From Convolutriloba macropyga (lineage: Eukaryota): a stretch of DNA of 64,000 nucleotides. Location of the stretch: positions 34,410,001-34,474,000 of the forward strand of contig NC_134474.1 of the NCBI RefSeq assembly GCF_964194025.1, in the 5' to 3' direction. The position numbers and the translations under genes are program-made. This document shows positions 24,631 to 38,522 of the stretch, piece by piece (the first letter of the stretch is position 1; every line of letters begins with the position of its first letter). The notes beneath the pieces were generated by a model. That model was given only the letters and a program-made list of their open reading frames with translations, made no database searches and was not told the origin of the DNA.

Positions 24631-24774
24631 GTAGGTATTAGAAATCTCGCAAATCATCAATTAATATGACTTAAGAAAGTCAATTGTTCAGAATTGTCTC
24701 ATCCCAGAATTTTTAATGACTCAACTGTTGGTAGCCGCTTGATATAACAAAAATGATTGCATGCAACCATAGTC

Positions 24775-24890
24775 GAGACCTGGAATTTATGAAAAGACCT
24801 ATTAATTCCAGGTGGGGGGGGGGGGGGGGTAAATATTGAATTAAATTACACGGTCGAGGACCCTAGTTAAAGTCTAGGTTAACTCTTGGT
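24775..24890 (+). mobile_element. Fragment related to the left end of the 27757-28608 element
   Basis: tatgaaaagac...G-run...tattga...aaa(t)taca.ggtc.ag...cta.ttaaa.tc.aggt is shared with 27777-27860. Confidence 0.5.
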
Positions 24891-25777
24891 CAACTTCTAT
24901 AACCCTATACTCAAGCAACCGTTGCAACCATATCAAGTTGTTCAAGTCTTAGTATAAAAAATTGTCGTTTGAAAATTATTAGTAGTTTAGAATTTCTATG
25001 ATTTAATTGGCTATTAGCTGCTAACAAATATCGAAGCATTTTTATATTACCGAAAGTTGCCCAAAAAACATGGAAAAATTTGCCCGAATGATATTTGACT
25101 AAAAGCGAATTCAGCAAATGAATTTGATTGTTGCTGTGAAAGTTGTTGACTGTTCACAGAAGTTTTCAGCGAAAAAATCACAAGGGTTTTTTATAGAAAC
25201 TATTTGATGCAGCAGATCTTACAGTTCAATTTTTATAAACTCAGGGCTCCTTCACTCAAATTGATGTAAAAGAATAGAAGTTGGTTTCACTTTTTTTTTA
25301 CAGATCCCAGCTTTCTACTACTTTTGAACTTGGAGTAATCCTGACGGCTCTCACAGTTTGACATAAAACAGGATCTTTGTCGGAATATCAATGAATTTGA
25401 TCAAAAAACAAAAAAGGAATCGGTCAGGTGTAACGCACCTGAAAACTAGAAAGTTTTTATCCCCAAACTCTATTTTGATGATTTTTTAATGAAAATAAAG
25501 TGGAAAATGATACACAAAATGCAAAAACAGGTTTGATTTAATTTACTTGCATTGCAAAGAGAATCTTCAAACACTCTTTAAAACTTTTAGAAACCGCTAA
25601 CATCCCTTTTCAAAATTTTGCTCTTTTTATCTTCAGTTTAACGTTTCTCCAATTGATAATTCCCGATTAGTTTATGTAAAAGATGCGGAGAAGGAAATGC
25701 ATACAACAATTTCCAAGAACATAGTAGTTCATTAAATAAATTTTACAATTTAAATATATACGAAGTTTATTATAGTC

Positions 25778-26917
25778 AGTTACTTGACAATATACCCAAT
25801 GCCATTCTATCCAATGCCAAAATACCCAATGCCAATATACCCAATTGGAATAATAACAATAATCACTTTGATGCTACCTGTGATAAAGAATGCTCATTTT
25901 ATGTTCAAATGCGAATTGGTAAAACCTAATTGTGCATATAAGTGGGTGAGTTGATTCAAGCATACAAGAAACTTCCGATACGAGTTCTATCTTTTGTTGC
26001 TAAGTAGAGCATAAAAAACAAGGTGGATAAAATCATTCAAACTGAATATGAAATGTGCATAATTGGCAAAACTGGATGGGAGATATTTTGAAAGATCCAT
26101 CACGGAGCCAAAGCCCATTGTTGGTTTTCAGCGACTCTAGACTTTCTTGTGTTCCAAAAATAATCAGCATTCTCTTGTTGTCAGTTTTGTCATAAAGGCA
26201 GAATTCTTTAAACTTGGCGGGCATTTCGAAATATCTGTCTGTAATTGGTGCCTCCTGTAAGTTTTCGATGCTTTTTAGCACTTTAGTGTCCGATTTATCG
26301 CAAATCTGGTTTGTAAAGTCAGCTGCGTTGCAACATCGGACCCGATTGGTAGCAGGTTGACGGGATTTTGTTCCCTTCTTGCAGTCTCCTTCATTTGACC
26401 AAGTATCTGTTTTGCTTGTACTTGTCCGGGAAAATATTCAAGATTATGCTCGTTTTTCTTTGATAGTAACTGTTTTCCAGTAGTAATAGCCTTAAGTTTA
26501 CATATATAGGAGCTCCATTTTGAGAATTTCCAATGTGTACTAGTCTTTGTTTTGACTTCTCTTGAAACTCCAACTGCTGGGACGTACGACAAGTAAATTT
26601 GCTCGTTTAGCGTCTATTTTTGGTTAAGTTTAAAGAGTAGAATGACGCGTCAATTTTTTTCGAACATTTGAAGTTCTGTGATAATTTTACGTCTTGTTTA
26701 CCTTAATTGCGTCTAAATAGTTATTTTGTACCTAATTGTAGGCTGGTACCTTAATTGTGGGATTATACGTTAATTTCAAGATTATACAATTTAAATTATA
26801 AATAGGGTAGTGTCGCAATAGGGTAATTTGGCGTTGGGTAATTTTGCGTTGAGTTTTTTGACATTGGCTATTTTGGCACATTGGGTATTATGACATTGGG
26901 CATTTTGTTCTGTCACC
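25778..26917 (-). mobile_element. Internally deleted MULE/Phantom-like DNA transposon in the lectin A intron
   Basis: Perfect 9-bp TSD attatagtc (25769-25777 and 26918-26926). TIRs are built of ~15-bp repeats (aatacccaatgcc at left, cattgggtatt at right). Confidence 0.85.
25960..26640 (-). pseudogene. FLYWCH-plus-MULE transposase remnant; boundaries approximate
   Basis: HWKFSKW...CKLKAIT...EHN is FLYWCH-like. IFGTQESLESL...WLRDGSFKISPIQFCQLCTFH matches the MULE DGTFK..P..F.QLYTIH motif. Frameshifted and truncated. Confidence 0.8.
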
Positions 26918-27756
26918 ATTATAGTCGCAAAAGTTCGCCAGTATTTGCATCGTGAATTAATTGCAAAGTTGTCTGTAGGCTCTCTATTTCGTCGGTTACC
27001 TTAGTCCATAGGCATTCTTTCAATATAAATCAGTTAGTTCAGCTAAGGTCAAAATTGAAATTTCTGCGCTGTTTCTGTTTACCAAATCAAAAACAAGATG
27101 GCTCTATTAGTTATTCATTCAGAAATAATTTTTATCAGAAGCCACATGGTAGATAATTTTGATGTTGGGTATTTTTCAGTTCATGTGATTTAATCAAGCC
27201 GGGCGCAATGTGTTTTGGCAATATGATTTTCGTAAAAAAAACAAAGTAGTACTTCAAATTATAAACTCATAGTAAAAATTGAGTCCCTCGAGAAAAAATC
27301 ATTCAATGCAAAAGTTCTAGGCTATAGAGCCTAAAGATGTCCAATTGCTGTAAAACGTCAATTGCATTTTTCACAATCCTCAGAGATTATAATAATTTTG
27401 GTTCCTGCGTAATCGCAGCGGTAGAGCATTGGGCGACTTAGGCCTGTTCTCAGCTGCCCTTTTTCATATTACTTCCCACATTTCAGACTGTTCCTTTTAT
27501 GAGCAGAATCGCTCTTTTTTGGTGACTATGGCCACTTTTTTTCGTCTGAAACTTTCGCGTGGTACCATCATTGCAGCCAACATTGTTCAAGCTATGGTCA
27601 ACCTGAGGCTATGGTTAAGTAAGAGTTATCACGACTTTTTATCGATAAGCCTTAATGCATCATAATGCATTCGTCAATCATCAAGCATCCACCTCAAGTA
27701 TATATATTTCCTTTAACAGACTAACGAATTTTAATAGACTCGTTTAATAAGCGCAA

Positions 27757-28608
27757 CCCAGGTTTAGACTTCGACATATGAAAAGACTTTATACTTCTAG
27801 TAGGGGGGTCCAGTATTGACTATAAATACAAGGTCCAGCTCCTAATTAAATTCGAGGTAAAGTCTTTTCATGGGTCCAGATATGGTCTTTTCATAGCACA
27901 TTAAGCTCGAGCTTGGTCTTTTAATTGGTCGAGCATGGTCTTTTCATGAGACAAATATCGCAATTTATGGGATTAATGACAGTTAACTTTTTAATAAATA
28001 TTTTCCTAGATGTGTAGCACCTAGCAGCAACACCAAACTAACGTTACAATAGGCAGTCCACCTTCGAACAACCCGTGGAATTTCGCCAAAAAATCTTTAG
28101 AAATATTGAATTCTAAAGTTAAACTAGTTTTCGCAATTAACCAATATAGCGATTTTGGTCGGCTGAATTCAAGTAGTTAACAAAACTCTAAAAATTGATT
28201 TCTCATCAGGAATGAATTTCGTGTTTTATGATTTAGTTCAATTGTTCATTGTGATTTTCTTTTTTCAAATATATTTATAATAGCACAGTTCGTTTTTCGA
28301 GAAAATATGGGAAACATCGAAAAATTTGAAGGGTAAAATCCATTGACTACGTTATAAGCAAGAGCCAATATTCAGTGCAAATGTAAATTTGTTGGGTCCA
28401 GCGTAAACATTTTAAATCGAGGTTAAGTCGAGCATCATATTTGGGTCGAGCTAAAGTCCAGCATCAAAAATTTTGGTCGAGCTAAATTCTAGCTGAACGA
28501 TTAGGTCCTGCTAAAGTCTTTAAATGGGCTGTTTGATTCCAGCATAGTCTTTTCATAGCATTTTTTGGTTGAGCATGGTCTCTTCATAAGTTCAGGCCTG
28601 AACCTGGG
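27757..28608. mobile_element. Non-autonomous TIR element, EnSpm/CACTA-like (CCCAGG termini)
   Basis: Left cccaggtttagacttcgacatatgaaaagac matches the reverse complement of the right end, cccaggttcaggcctgaacttatgaagagac. Flanks aa/aa (possible 2-bp TSD); subterminal gtcttttcat and ggtcgagc repeats. Confidence 0.65.
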
Positions 28609-28699
28609 AAGAACTCATCGATGGGTTAGCATGTTTTCACTGGAAGAATTTTCTATTGGCTGAGTTTTTTCACCGTTATAGTATGCTCTTATGGACGAT

Positions 28700-31637
28700 A
28701 TCACCCGGAGTCAACACTCAAAGTATTCCAGTACTCATTCAGTGTAAAAAGAGTGACTAATTCACACTTTTCATTATCCGATCATGTCAAAACATGGACA
28801 ATAATTTTTATTATTACTCTGGTACATACTTTCATGCCGGTCAATTTTTTATTACTCTGGTTATAAATTTAACTGTAGTACGAGCAACCTTCTGCGTCAC
28901 TTCTGAGAAATTTACTACAGGACACATATATTAACAGAACAGTTTATCTTATGATTTTATTGTGACAAAATGGTTAATGACTAAATTTTCAATGAAAAAA
29001 TGCCGGATCAAGTAAAGTTAACCTTATATCAATACTTGCAGCCTAGGATTTTTGATGAATAATTGTAAAATAAATCGATGGCATGCCTGTTTCCAGGAAT
29101 GGTTGCTGTTTTGTTTTCTTTAAAAAAAACCTCTCAAGATTTCAAATTCTTTGTATTCTACTTCCAATTGTTCGTCGTTGAATATTATCACAACATTTCC
29201 GCTCTCCATATTTTAAAAGGAGAGAAATGAAAAGAGATTAATGTGTATTAGACTAAAAGTCAGCAATTTGGTCTATAAACATGTAACTATCGAAAAAAAA
29301 TCATGCATTTTGAGAAAACTGAAAACGCACGAAGACATTTAACAATTGCTTTACCAATGCAACATGATTTTTGATTCAATGCAAAAACAGGAGCAAACAT
29401 GATAATCAGCTAAAGTAATGCAGAAGCTGTCGGGCGAAAAATCTTATGGAATGTTTGATCAATTTAAGAATCTTCCGACCAGGTTTCAAGTGAACTGACA
29501 CTATTACGTTTTATTAACTAAAGATAAAGAAAACACAATTCAACGTTCAGCAAAAGAGTCAATTGAAAATTCTTGAAAAGGACGAAGTATTAAAATGCAG
29601 TCAACACCCAGATCATTCCAGTGCTCAGTTATTGTAAAAAACATTTTATGTTTACGCTTTACATTCTCTGATCGCGTCGAAAATTGGACTGGAGAGTCTA
29701 ACTTTCACAATCGTTTTACTCTGATTGTTTTATGATCCTAAAAAAATTGTAATGAGTTTTTATTACTACTCTTTTACAAAGTGTCATTCTGTTAATTTTT
29801 TTCTCTGGTAATAAATTCAACTCTACTATGAGCAACCTTTTGCGTCACTTATGAGAAATTTACTAAAAGAAACATATAATAGCAGAACCGTTTAACTTAT
29901 GATGCTATTGTGACGAAAACGTTAATGACTAAATATTCAATAAAAAATTGCGGGATCATGTAAAGTTAACTTTATATATTTATATGGAAGAGAATGGCTA
30001 CTGTTCATTTGTGCATAATGATCTAAACCTGTAAATAATAAACAGTGTGACAATTATAAAAGTTAAAATTTGCCCTGGTCCTGGTTGTCAGACACAGTTA
30101 AATTTGAAAAATCAAAAAATGCAGGGTAAGATGCATTTTGATGAATAGCTTTGAACTAATTTGATGACCTATATGTACCGGAAGGATAGCTGTTTTGTTT
30201 TTTAATGAAAACCCCATTTGATTTCTTAATCTTTAAAGTCTACATCCAATTGTTCGTCGTTAAACGTGTTATCACAACATTTCAACATTTGTCTGTAAAA
30301 CATATAACTATCAAATAAACATGCCTTTTTGAGAAAAATGAAAACGCATGAGGACATTAAACAATTGCTTTACCAATGCAACTTGATTGTTGATTAAATG
30401 CGAAAGCTGGAGCAAACAAGATAATAGGCTAAAATAATGCAGAATATGTCGGGCAAAAACTGTTATGAATTTTTATTTACTGTTTGTTCATTCCTTAAAC
30501 AAATTTGGTATCTTCGACAAAATTTCGAGTGAAATGACACTATTGTGTTTTATTAACTAAAAATAAAGAAAACAGAATTCAACGTTCAGCAAAGGAGTCA
30601 ATTGAAAAGGCTCGAAAATGACAAAGTATTAAAACCCATTCACCACCCAGAGCATTCCAGTACTCAACTAGTGTAAAAACAGTGACTGTTTGCACGTTCA
30701 ATACTGTGATCTTGTCAAAAAATGGACTGGAGAGTCTAACTTTCCCAATAATCTAACTCTGATTGTGTTTTGATCCTAAAATAATTGCAATGAGGTTTAT
30801 TATTACTCTTTTACAAAGTTTTATACTGGTAAAAGTTTTATTTTTTCTCTGGTAATAAATCTAACTATACTATGAGCTATCTTTCGAGTCACATCTGAGA
30901 CGTTTACTACAGCAAAGATATTTCTTTCTTGACTTATTTCTTTCTTGAAGAAGAGGTTATTGTCCAAATTTTTAATAACAAATTCCGGGATCAATTTAAG
31001 TTAATCTTATAAATTCTTTACAGACAAAAAATAATCGGAATTCTTCGTTTGCGCATAATGATCCCACCCTGCAAATGAAAAACAATGTGACAATCGTAAA
31101 ATTTAAAAGTTGCCCTCGTCCTGGTTGCCTGTTTCAGGAATGATTGCTGTACTGTTTTCTAAACAAAAGCCTCATAAGATTTCAAATTATTTAAAGTCTT
31201 CTTCCAATTGTTCGTCGTTGAACGTATTGTCACAACATTTCCTTTCTCCATATTTGAAAGGGAGAGAAATGAAAAGAGATTAAAATCAGCATTTCTGCCT
31301 ATAAAACATGCAACTATCGAACAAAGTCAGGTTTTTTTGAGAAAACTGAAAACGCATGAAGACATATAACAAATGCTTTTTCAATGCAACACGATAGATA
31401 GCTGATTAAATGCAAAAACTGGAACAAACAGGATAATAAGCTTAAATAATGTAGAAGTTGTCGGGCAAAAATTCGTAAAAAATTTCATGTACCGGTTTTT
31501 GCTTCTTTAATAAAATTCAGTGTCTTCTGACCAAGTTTCGAGCAAACTGACACTGTTGTGTTTTATTATAGAAAATACAATTTAACGTGCAGCAAAGGAG
31601 TCAATTGAAAACGCCTGAAAATGAGGAAGTACTAAAA
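28700..31637. repeat. Three diverged tandem units of ~0.9-1.0 kb in the lectin A intron
   Basis: attccagt.ctca...tgtaaaaa recurs near 28724, 29615 and 30654; ccaattgttcgtcgtt near 29164, 30246 and 31204; cagcaaa.gagtcaattgaaaa near 29548, 30587 and 31590. Confidence 0.85.
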
Positions 31638-32570
31638 GAATTGAATTTTTCTGCATCTATTTATTTTGAATTTTCGACAACCGCTTTTATTTGCTTTTGT
31701 TTTTTGCTTTATAGTTTTCCACGGAAAGAGGATTACCAAAAGCTTCCCTGTTTTGTAGGTCTCATCAAAAAAGATTGAATAGTCAGAAAAAAGTTTATCT
31801 GTTCTGTTAAGAAATGATGTTTTGCCAGATCCGAACGTTTTTTTTTTCGAAGGAATACATTTTATTTTCTCTTACAATAAATTTTGAGATTGCCTATCAA
31901 TCTTTTCTTTAAGGTTTGCAGCAATTTATTATGCCAATTTCTTATAAACTGTATGTCAGAATAATTTTGTATCAGAAACAATTTAATTGGAGACAAATAT
32001 TAGACTGTTCGCCGCTTGGTTAAAACCGCCAAAACCATTCTATCTACTTTGGATGAGTCTTGATTCTTAACATAATCATAATTCCCGCAGTAAAAGACTC
32101 ATTTTACAGTCAAATATACGTTTTAATTGATTTTTAAGAATATTTTTCTTGCTTTTTTCGCACTCAAATTAATTTATTTTTCCGCCTATGGTAACAAAAC
32201 GGCGAAAAGTGACTGAGCGGCTTTTTCTTTTGTTTGGGGGTAATTTACCTTAGTTAACTTTTTTTAGCTCAAAATTATATAATAGGCGTGAAAAGGTCAA
32301 AATTGTTAAGAATTACCAAAAGTTTGGCCTCATTAATTCTTCAGGAAATTTAAAATAGGAAAAATCTTTTCCGCAATCTATTCACTTGTTCGCGAGCTTT
32401 TCAATGGTACCACTTTCGTATTTCTCTGGAAAAGATATCCCTCCCCAAAAAATGGCTCAACTAAAACAGTACGGTTGGTAGAAAGATCCTAGTGCCCACT
32501 TCATTGGGAGTTGGAATAATAAATATGTATAACTTTTAATACAGGTGTATGTACAATTTGCCATTTTTAG

Positions 32571-32738
32571 TGAATCCCGATTTATGGAGAAACGACAAGC
32601 AGCCAGGAGATCAGACTGACGAGAGGGATGAAAGATGCACAGCTCAGAAGAAGCCAGGGAAACCAAAGTTCCTTGGTATGGACGACTACCCTTTGTGAAG
32701 GATATCAGCTTCACTACGCTGTCTGCGTATACCTCTAA
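32571..32738 (+). CDS. C-type lectin A, exon 2 (one extra T at 32692-32694 gives a premature TGA at 32696)
   Basis: Acceptor ccatttttag|. Reads (V)NPDLWRNDKQPGDQTDERDERCTAQKKPGKPKFLGMDDYP[+1]CEGYQLHYAVCVYL*, nearly identical to 44813-44982. Not shown in the correct frame in the ORF track. Confidence 0.85.
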
Positions 32739-34518
32739 CAAAACAGTTCGACTGACTAGTTCTCCCCTTCTAAGGAATTGGTCGGAGATCCTGGGACGCA
32801 TCTTTCTTGAGGAGACTTTAATATCATGTTTTCTCATCAAAACATGAAATGTTGATAATAGCATTCAACTGTTTGACTTGGTTGGAGGAAAATACTTGTT
32901 ACTGAAATTAAAACAGACAGATTTGGCCAATTTCCCTCTTCGAATTAACACCCGACGACAACTTTACATGTAGAATTAAACCTGGTCAGCTTTCAAATAA
33001 ATACTGTTTGCTTTTACTTTTTTGACAAATAATTAAAGAGTAGTTTTTCAAGACAAGCAGTTTTAGCACAAGTTTTCACAGATCACAGTCAATTTTTGAA
33101 ACCTTATGCAAGTTGAGATTGATAATAGTGTATAATATAGAGCATTTAAGTGTGAAATACTCTACGCGGTAAATGGGATGAAGGCTACACTGATGAGTAG
33201 TGGAACAGAAAACTGTGAGTGATCCTTGTGCACAGTGATCCTTGTGGATAGGAAAACAAACTTTTAATAAGTAAACAATTATTTTGATAACAAATCCTCT
33301 CGTTACTAAAATGATCAAAAATTCACAGTACTAGAAGGTCTTAGTGACACCGAACCTTTCAAATGGCATTCCGACGCTGAGGGATACCCCAAAATTTCCG
33401 CCTTTGTAAAAATTAAGCGAAAAACAGATACATAAAATGAACGAAATTAGGAGACTAGCTTTGAATCTTATTTTTCGCCATTTTTTCGAAATATAAATAC
33501 ATGTATAAAGATTGCATCTTAAATTCTAGGTTAAAATTTGGACACTTTTGCGAACACGGGTTGGGCAATTCCCTTCAATTTTGCCTGTTTTTGCTAAAAG
33601 AGCTATTTTTCGCAATATTGTTGCATTTTCGATGTATTAACATAGGAAAAACGAACAATAGAGACACAGCTCGGGCTTATTTGCCCGTGACGATTTGGAT
33701 ACACCTTTGCGGCGTAATGGGATATTTAAAGGTGCCGACTCACTTGAGGAACTGTATCTACAGCGCGTTCGTTTTTCCTTCTGTCAAATTTTTGACTATC
33801 GTTGTTTTCAACGAACGAAGATATAAATGACATCGTTGTTACAGGTCGTCAAGCATAAAACTTTTTAATTGGAGAATTTTGCTGTAGCCAAGATTTTATA
33901 GAGGCTTAAAACTGTTACGTGAGATTTTGGCGATACATGATTAACTTTACTTTTGAAGCTTATAAATATTCGATGAATCATCTATGAATTTTCCATACTA
34001 TTTTAGCTCATTTGTTTGATTTTTTGAAAGTATCCTGCACATGAAACTGTTGAAATCGCTCTGTTACCCATCACTAACAAAATGGCCAATAAATACAGTT
34101 CTACCAGGTTTTTTTATGGACAAATTTTGTTGTTATACTTTCCCTCAATTTAGCTTATTTCAAAATCTTTCGTTTATATTTATCAAATAATCTGTCACAA
34201 AATTTGCGGAAGAATCTTAATAGATTATACAAAATTTTTTGAAGTGCTCACTTTCTAGCAGATTGACCTGGAGCGTCTAAGTGTAAGCAGTTTTTCGCAG
34301 TTTTTCAAAACTGGAACCTAGATTAGTTCTATTTGCTTGTTCCTGCATTTTTTCTCTCGACGTGGAATTTTTAAAATTTTTTTTTGCTTTTTTTGATTTT
34401 TTGTTTTTAATGACGCTAATTAATGGGATTGTTATCTGACAATAATTATTGTAATTGTTTTCATTATATATACAATTATAAAAAAAACATTTGAGACTTT
34501 CTGTTTTCAAAATCATTT

Positions 34519-34608
34519 GTACCGCTTGGGCGCCTATTCAGCCAAAAGAGTACCGCTCTGGCGCCTATTCAGCCAAAAGAGTACCGTTTGGGCGCCTATT
34601 CAGCCAAA
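34519..34608. repeat. 31-bp minisatellite, ~3 copies
   Basis: gtaccgcttgggcgcctattcagccaaaaga repeated head to tail with 1-2 substitutions. Confidence 0.9.
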
Positions 34609-37353
34609 AAAAAATGCAATTTTTTTTTCAGTAAAAAAATTGCTGAAAAGCAAATTTCCTTCTCTGCCATTATTAAAAGCTCAAAAGCCGCTGAAAAATT
34701 TTCGAATTAACATCTAATTTACTATTTGAAGTTAACCATTTCCTCTAAAAGTTATTTTTAACTTTTACATAATAAGAAAACACAGAAGAAATAAAAAATT
34801 TAAAAAATTATATGCAAATATGGTCAATGATTTTGGACCCTATCAGAAACAGAAGCCATCAAATCAAACACTTAATCAACAAGTTAATTGTTTCATTATG
34901 AATTTTAAAATTTCTCTAATTAATACTTGTAACAACTGTAATCTTTTATTGTTAGTTATAAAAGGCAGTTTTAAAACTAATATATGGTCAATGAATAAAA
35001 CAAAAAAGGCATTTTCTGAATTGTAATTTAAACGGCTCCTATTTACAACCATTGTTTCATTAGTTTGTCAAAATTTAGCTAAATTTTATTCAACTAAAAA
35101 CAACTACAAAGAAAATGTTTTTTTTCCGGCTCAGTTTTCTTTATTCACATGAAACCACAACAGCAGACCTGAATTGCCTCGATCAAATTTGTTCGAGCGT
35201 GTAACTCAATTTCCCATTGCTATATTGATACATGGGATATACATGAAATTTGCAAAGTTGTTTTAATTTTGAAATCTATTGTGAAGGGAATTTGGTAACC
35301 AAAATCCACAAAAACAGAAAAATTGAGAGTCGCAGAATCCAGGCTACAAAAATCCGTAGCCTAAATTCTGCGTTTGAAAGTAACTCATTTCAGTTTTAAT
35401 GGTATCTAAGTTCAACAATGGAGTTTGCAACTTCAAATTCAAACGAATTCCTCCTAAAAAACAAATGTTGAAGCTAAAAAGTAATTTACGTAACTGAGTC
35501 TAAAATTAGCCCAACATCAGCCATAAGAATTTCAGGTCAGCCTTTAGGGTATAACTTCATGAGTTTGTATATCAAGAGATAATGATCAAGAGATAGTGTG
35601 TTAGTTCTAACGTTCAAAAAGCAACGGTTTTCTAGAGTTATTTGTGACTTTTAATTAATATAAAAATGTTTTTAAGTATGATTATTGGTAATATAAAAAA
35701 CAGAAAAGATATTTTTTCTGCACAAATATTATCATATAAATTTCAGTTAAAGAAACAATCGAACAGTTTTAAATCAACCGGCTGATCGACAACTTAAATG
35801 CTTCACTCAATATGAGCTCTTATCCAATTCATACATTTAAATATAGTCTTTGTAAAACTCATAATGAACATTCTAGAAGAAAAATCAATAATTTCTCTCG
35901 AGTTCATGAAAAATTTGACACATCTAGTTCCTACTGGGAGAATGTTGGTACACTAAATTTTATGTTGAGAAATGAAATTCAAATGACGTTTGTTTTAAAT
36001 TTACGATTTGTGTTCGAATGCAGCCTTAAAATGTTAACTACAATTGCGATTATTATAATAACAACAAAGAACTCTAGAAATCACTTTTTATTTCCGCCCA
36101 TTTAGTAAATAAATTATGATACAATTGTAGACACAGTTTAATATTTTGAAGTAGCCAATTTTTTGGATTCTGCTAGAAGAAAAAGTGGCAATAAACTGAT
36201 CTTTTTGATTTTTTTGTGGTTGAAGCTCTGCTGATTTTTTACTGATTTTTGTTAGCAAACTTGCTTCAGAAACTGTTGGTGATTGTGGACTGTGTTTTGA
36301 GTTTTGTATATCTCTTTTCGCAATTAGTAGAGGATCTATAATGAAGTATATGCTAAGCTTTTTATGATCATTTTTTGGAAAAACTTCAGAAAATCACAAT
36401 ATCAATTTTCACGAAAATGTTTGGAAATTTTTTATTTCTCTGTCTTATTTTTCAGATCAAGACACCAAATTATTTTAAATAAAAAATTGCAGAGTTTAAT
36501 TCAGCTTAGGCTGAATTTTTTGGTCTTCAGTTGCAGCAATTAAATATATTTAATTAGTTTTTGGGCTAGTTTTTTTGATTAACCGTAGAATAACAATAAA
36601 TGTTAAAATTTTTCATTGGAAATCAATTTTTTGGTTCAACTATACTCGTCTGCCCTAAATAAAAAATTTGCTGCACGATCGTCTCAACCTTTGCCTTTTC
36701 TCTCTAAAAACGAGGGTTTCTGTTAATTATATTGATAACATATTTTCCATATAATGGCTTCAGAGCCTTTTCACAGTTTTCACAGTTTTCACAGTCACTT
36801 CTTCTGCAGTCTTTAAACACCTATTTAAATTTTAATGCGTTTTCATCTTTAGAATGCAAAATTACTGAAAAACGTCACATTTTCTACTTTCATTTTGGTT
36901 TTGAATAGAAATTTATGAAAAGTTTTTGTTTGTCATTTTTTATCTAATAATCCCCATTAGCAGAAAATCTCACTTGGTCCAAAAGATATGTGCAAATACA
37001 CATTATCGAACCTCCTTGTATAAATGTACTCATTTCTTTTAACGTCAGGAAGAAATCAAGGTTTCACACCAACCTAAGACTCAGAAGATGAAGTCACATG
37101 TCTACTCTTTGGTTTTCTAAGTGTGTGATGATAAATTATACTTCATAAAATTATTTGACGGAAAAAACTCTGATCAGTCGCTTATAGTCTAATTGTAGTT
37201 TCCACTTTATGACGAGTCAATGTTTGATCAGTTTCTAGGGTCGACCACAACAACATTAACCGGATCGATTCGGAAGCAACTCAAATATCATCTTGAAGGA
37301 AACTTCAAAAACCATCAACTATACTCAACTGTGCTCATCCAGTTGTATTTAAG

Positions 37354-38136
37354 CCCAGGCTTAGGTTCGCTACCCTAGACCGATCTGATCAGACCATTTG
37401 GGTCGCACACCGGTGGCGTGGTGCGACCCAAATTACATGTTCTGGGAAATGCTTGAGTTGCATGATGCTCTAGACAATAGTCGCACTACGGTCTGATCAG
37501 ACGACAAAGTCTGGGAAATGGTCTGCTCATTGGTTGCACAACGGTCTGATCAGAGGGCAAAGTCAGGGAAATGGTCTGGACATTGGTCAGACGACGGTCT
37601 GATCAGAGGGCAAAGTCAGGGAAATGGTCTGGACATTGGTCGCACGGAGGTCTGATCAGAAACCAAAGTCTTGTCATGATTTGCCCCAAAATCTGACGAC
37701 AGAGCATTAACTGACTGACCATACTTCATTGACAGCAGTTTTAGTACCACTGTTTTTGATGACTCAAAAGAAAACTTGCAGGAACTTCAAAATAACCTTT
37801 TGTTTATACATTTATCAAGTGATCTGATCATAGAACAAAGTTTGGAGTATGGTTTGATCAAAGGGAGCGTTAGTCGCACTAAAATTGCACAAAATGTTGG
37901 GTCACACAAAAGTCGTATGTAATATTTGGGTCGCACGATAGTCGTCTGATCAGAAGGTATTGGGTCGCACGATGATCTGATCAGAGGTTTTTTGGGTCAC
38001 ACTGTGATTGCGCGAAATATTGTGTCGCACTACGATCCTATCAGAGTGCTTTGGGTCGCACGACAGCCTGATCAGAGGGCAAAGTCTGGGAAATGGTGTG
38101 GTCACAGCGGTCTAGGGTCGCGCACCTAATCCTCAG
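37354..38136. mobile_element. Non-autonomous TIR element, EnSpm/CACTA-like, with 53-bp internal tandem repeats
   Basis: Left cccaggcttaggttcgctaccctagaccg matches the reverse complement of the right end, ctgaggattaggtgcgcgaccctagaccg. Flanks ag/ag. Repeated palindrome tctgatcaga and gtcgcac; 53-bp period at 37541/37594. Confidence 0.7.
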
Positions 38137-38522
38137 AGATATCGAACAGTGTCTAATAGGAGAAAGGTCACGGCAGGAAAACAGTTCCAAGAACCAAAAA
38201 TTGGAACCAATGATAACAGACGATTTGAAACGTTTTTCAGTTAACAACTTTCAGAGAACGCTTAAAAAGCAAAGATATGTTAGATTGGCAGTGAATGATG
38301 CGTTGATCTTTTTTTTATCTACGTTTGAGCTCAGATCTTGCATGATTTCGCAAGCGCAGATCTTACATAATTTTCCGTTGAATTTTGCGTCAAACTAACA
38401 AACATTCATTTATTTGGTTCTCATTATTACAGAATGACTCGGTTTGTGATCTGCAGCCAAGAATTAGATCTGTCCTTTTATTAGGTTTGGGTTCCAACTC
38501 AATGTTTGTTAGCGAAAACAAT

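Noticed and set aside
32635-32847. ORF-track proteins at 32635 (+) and 32457 (-)
   Set aside because: Wrong-frame and antisense shadows of lectin A exon 2.
34519-34608. Mini CRISPR or regulatory iterons
   Set aside because: Contiguous 31-bp units with no spacers; a plain minisatellite or TE end fragment.
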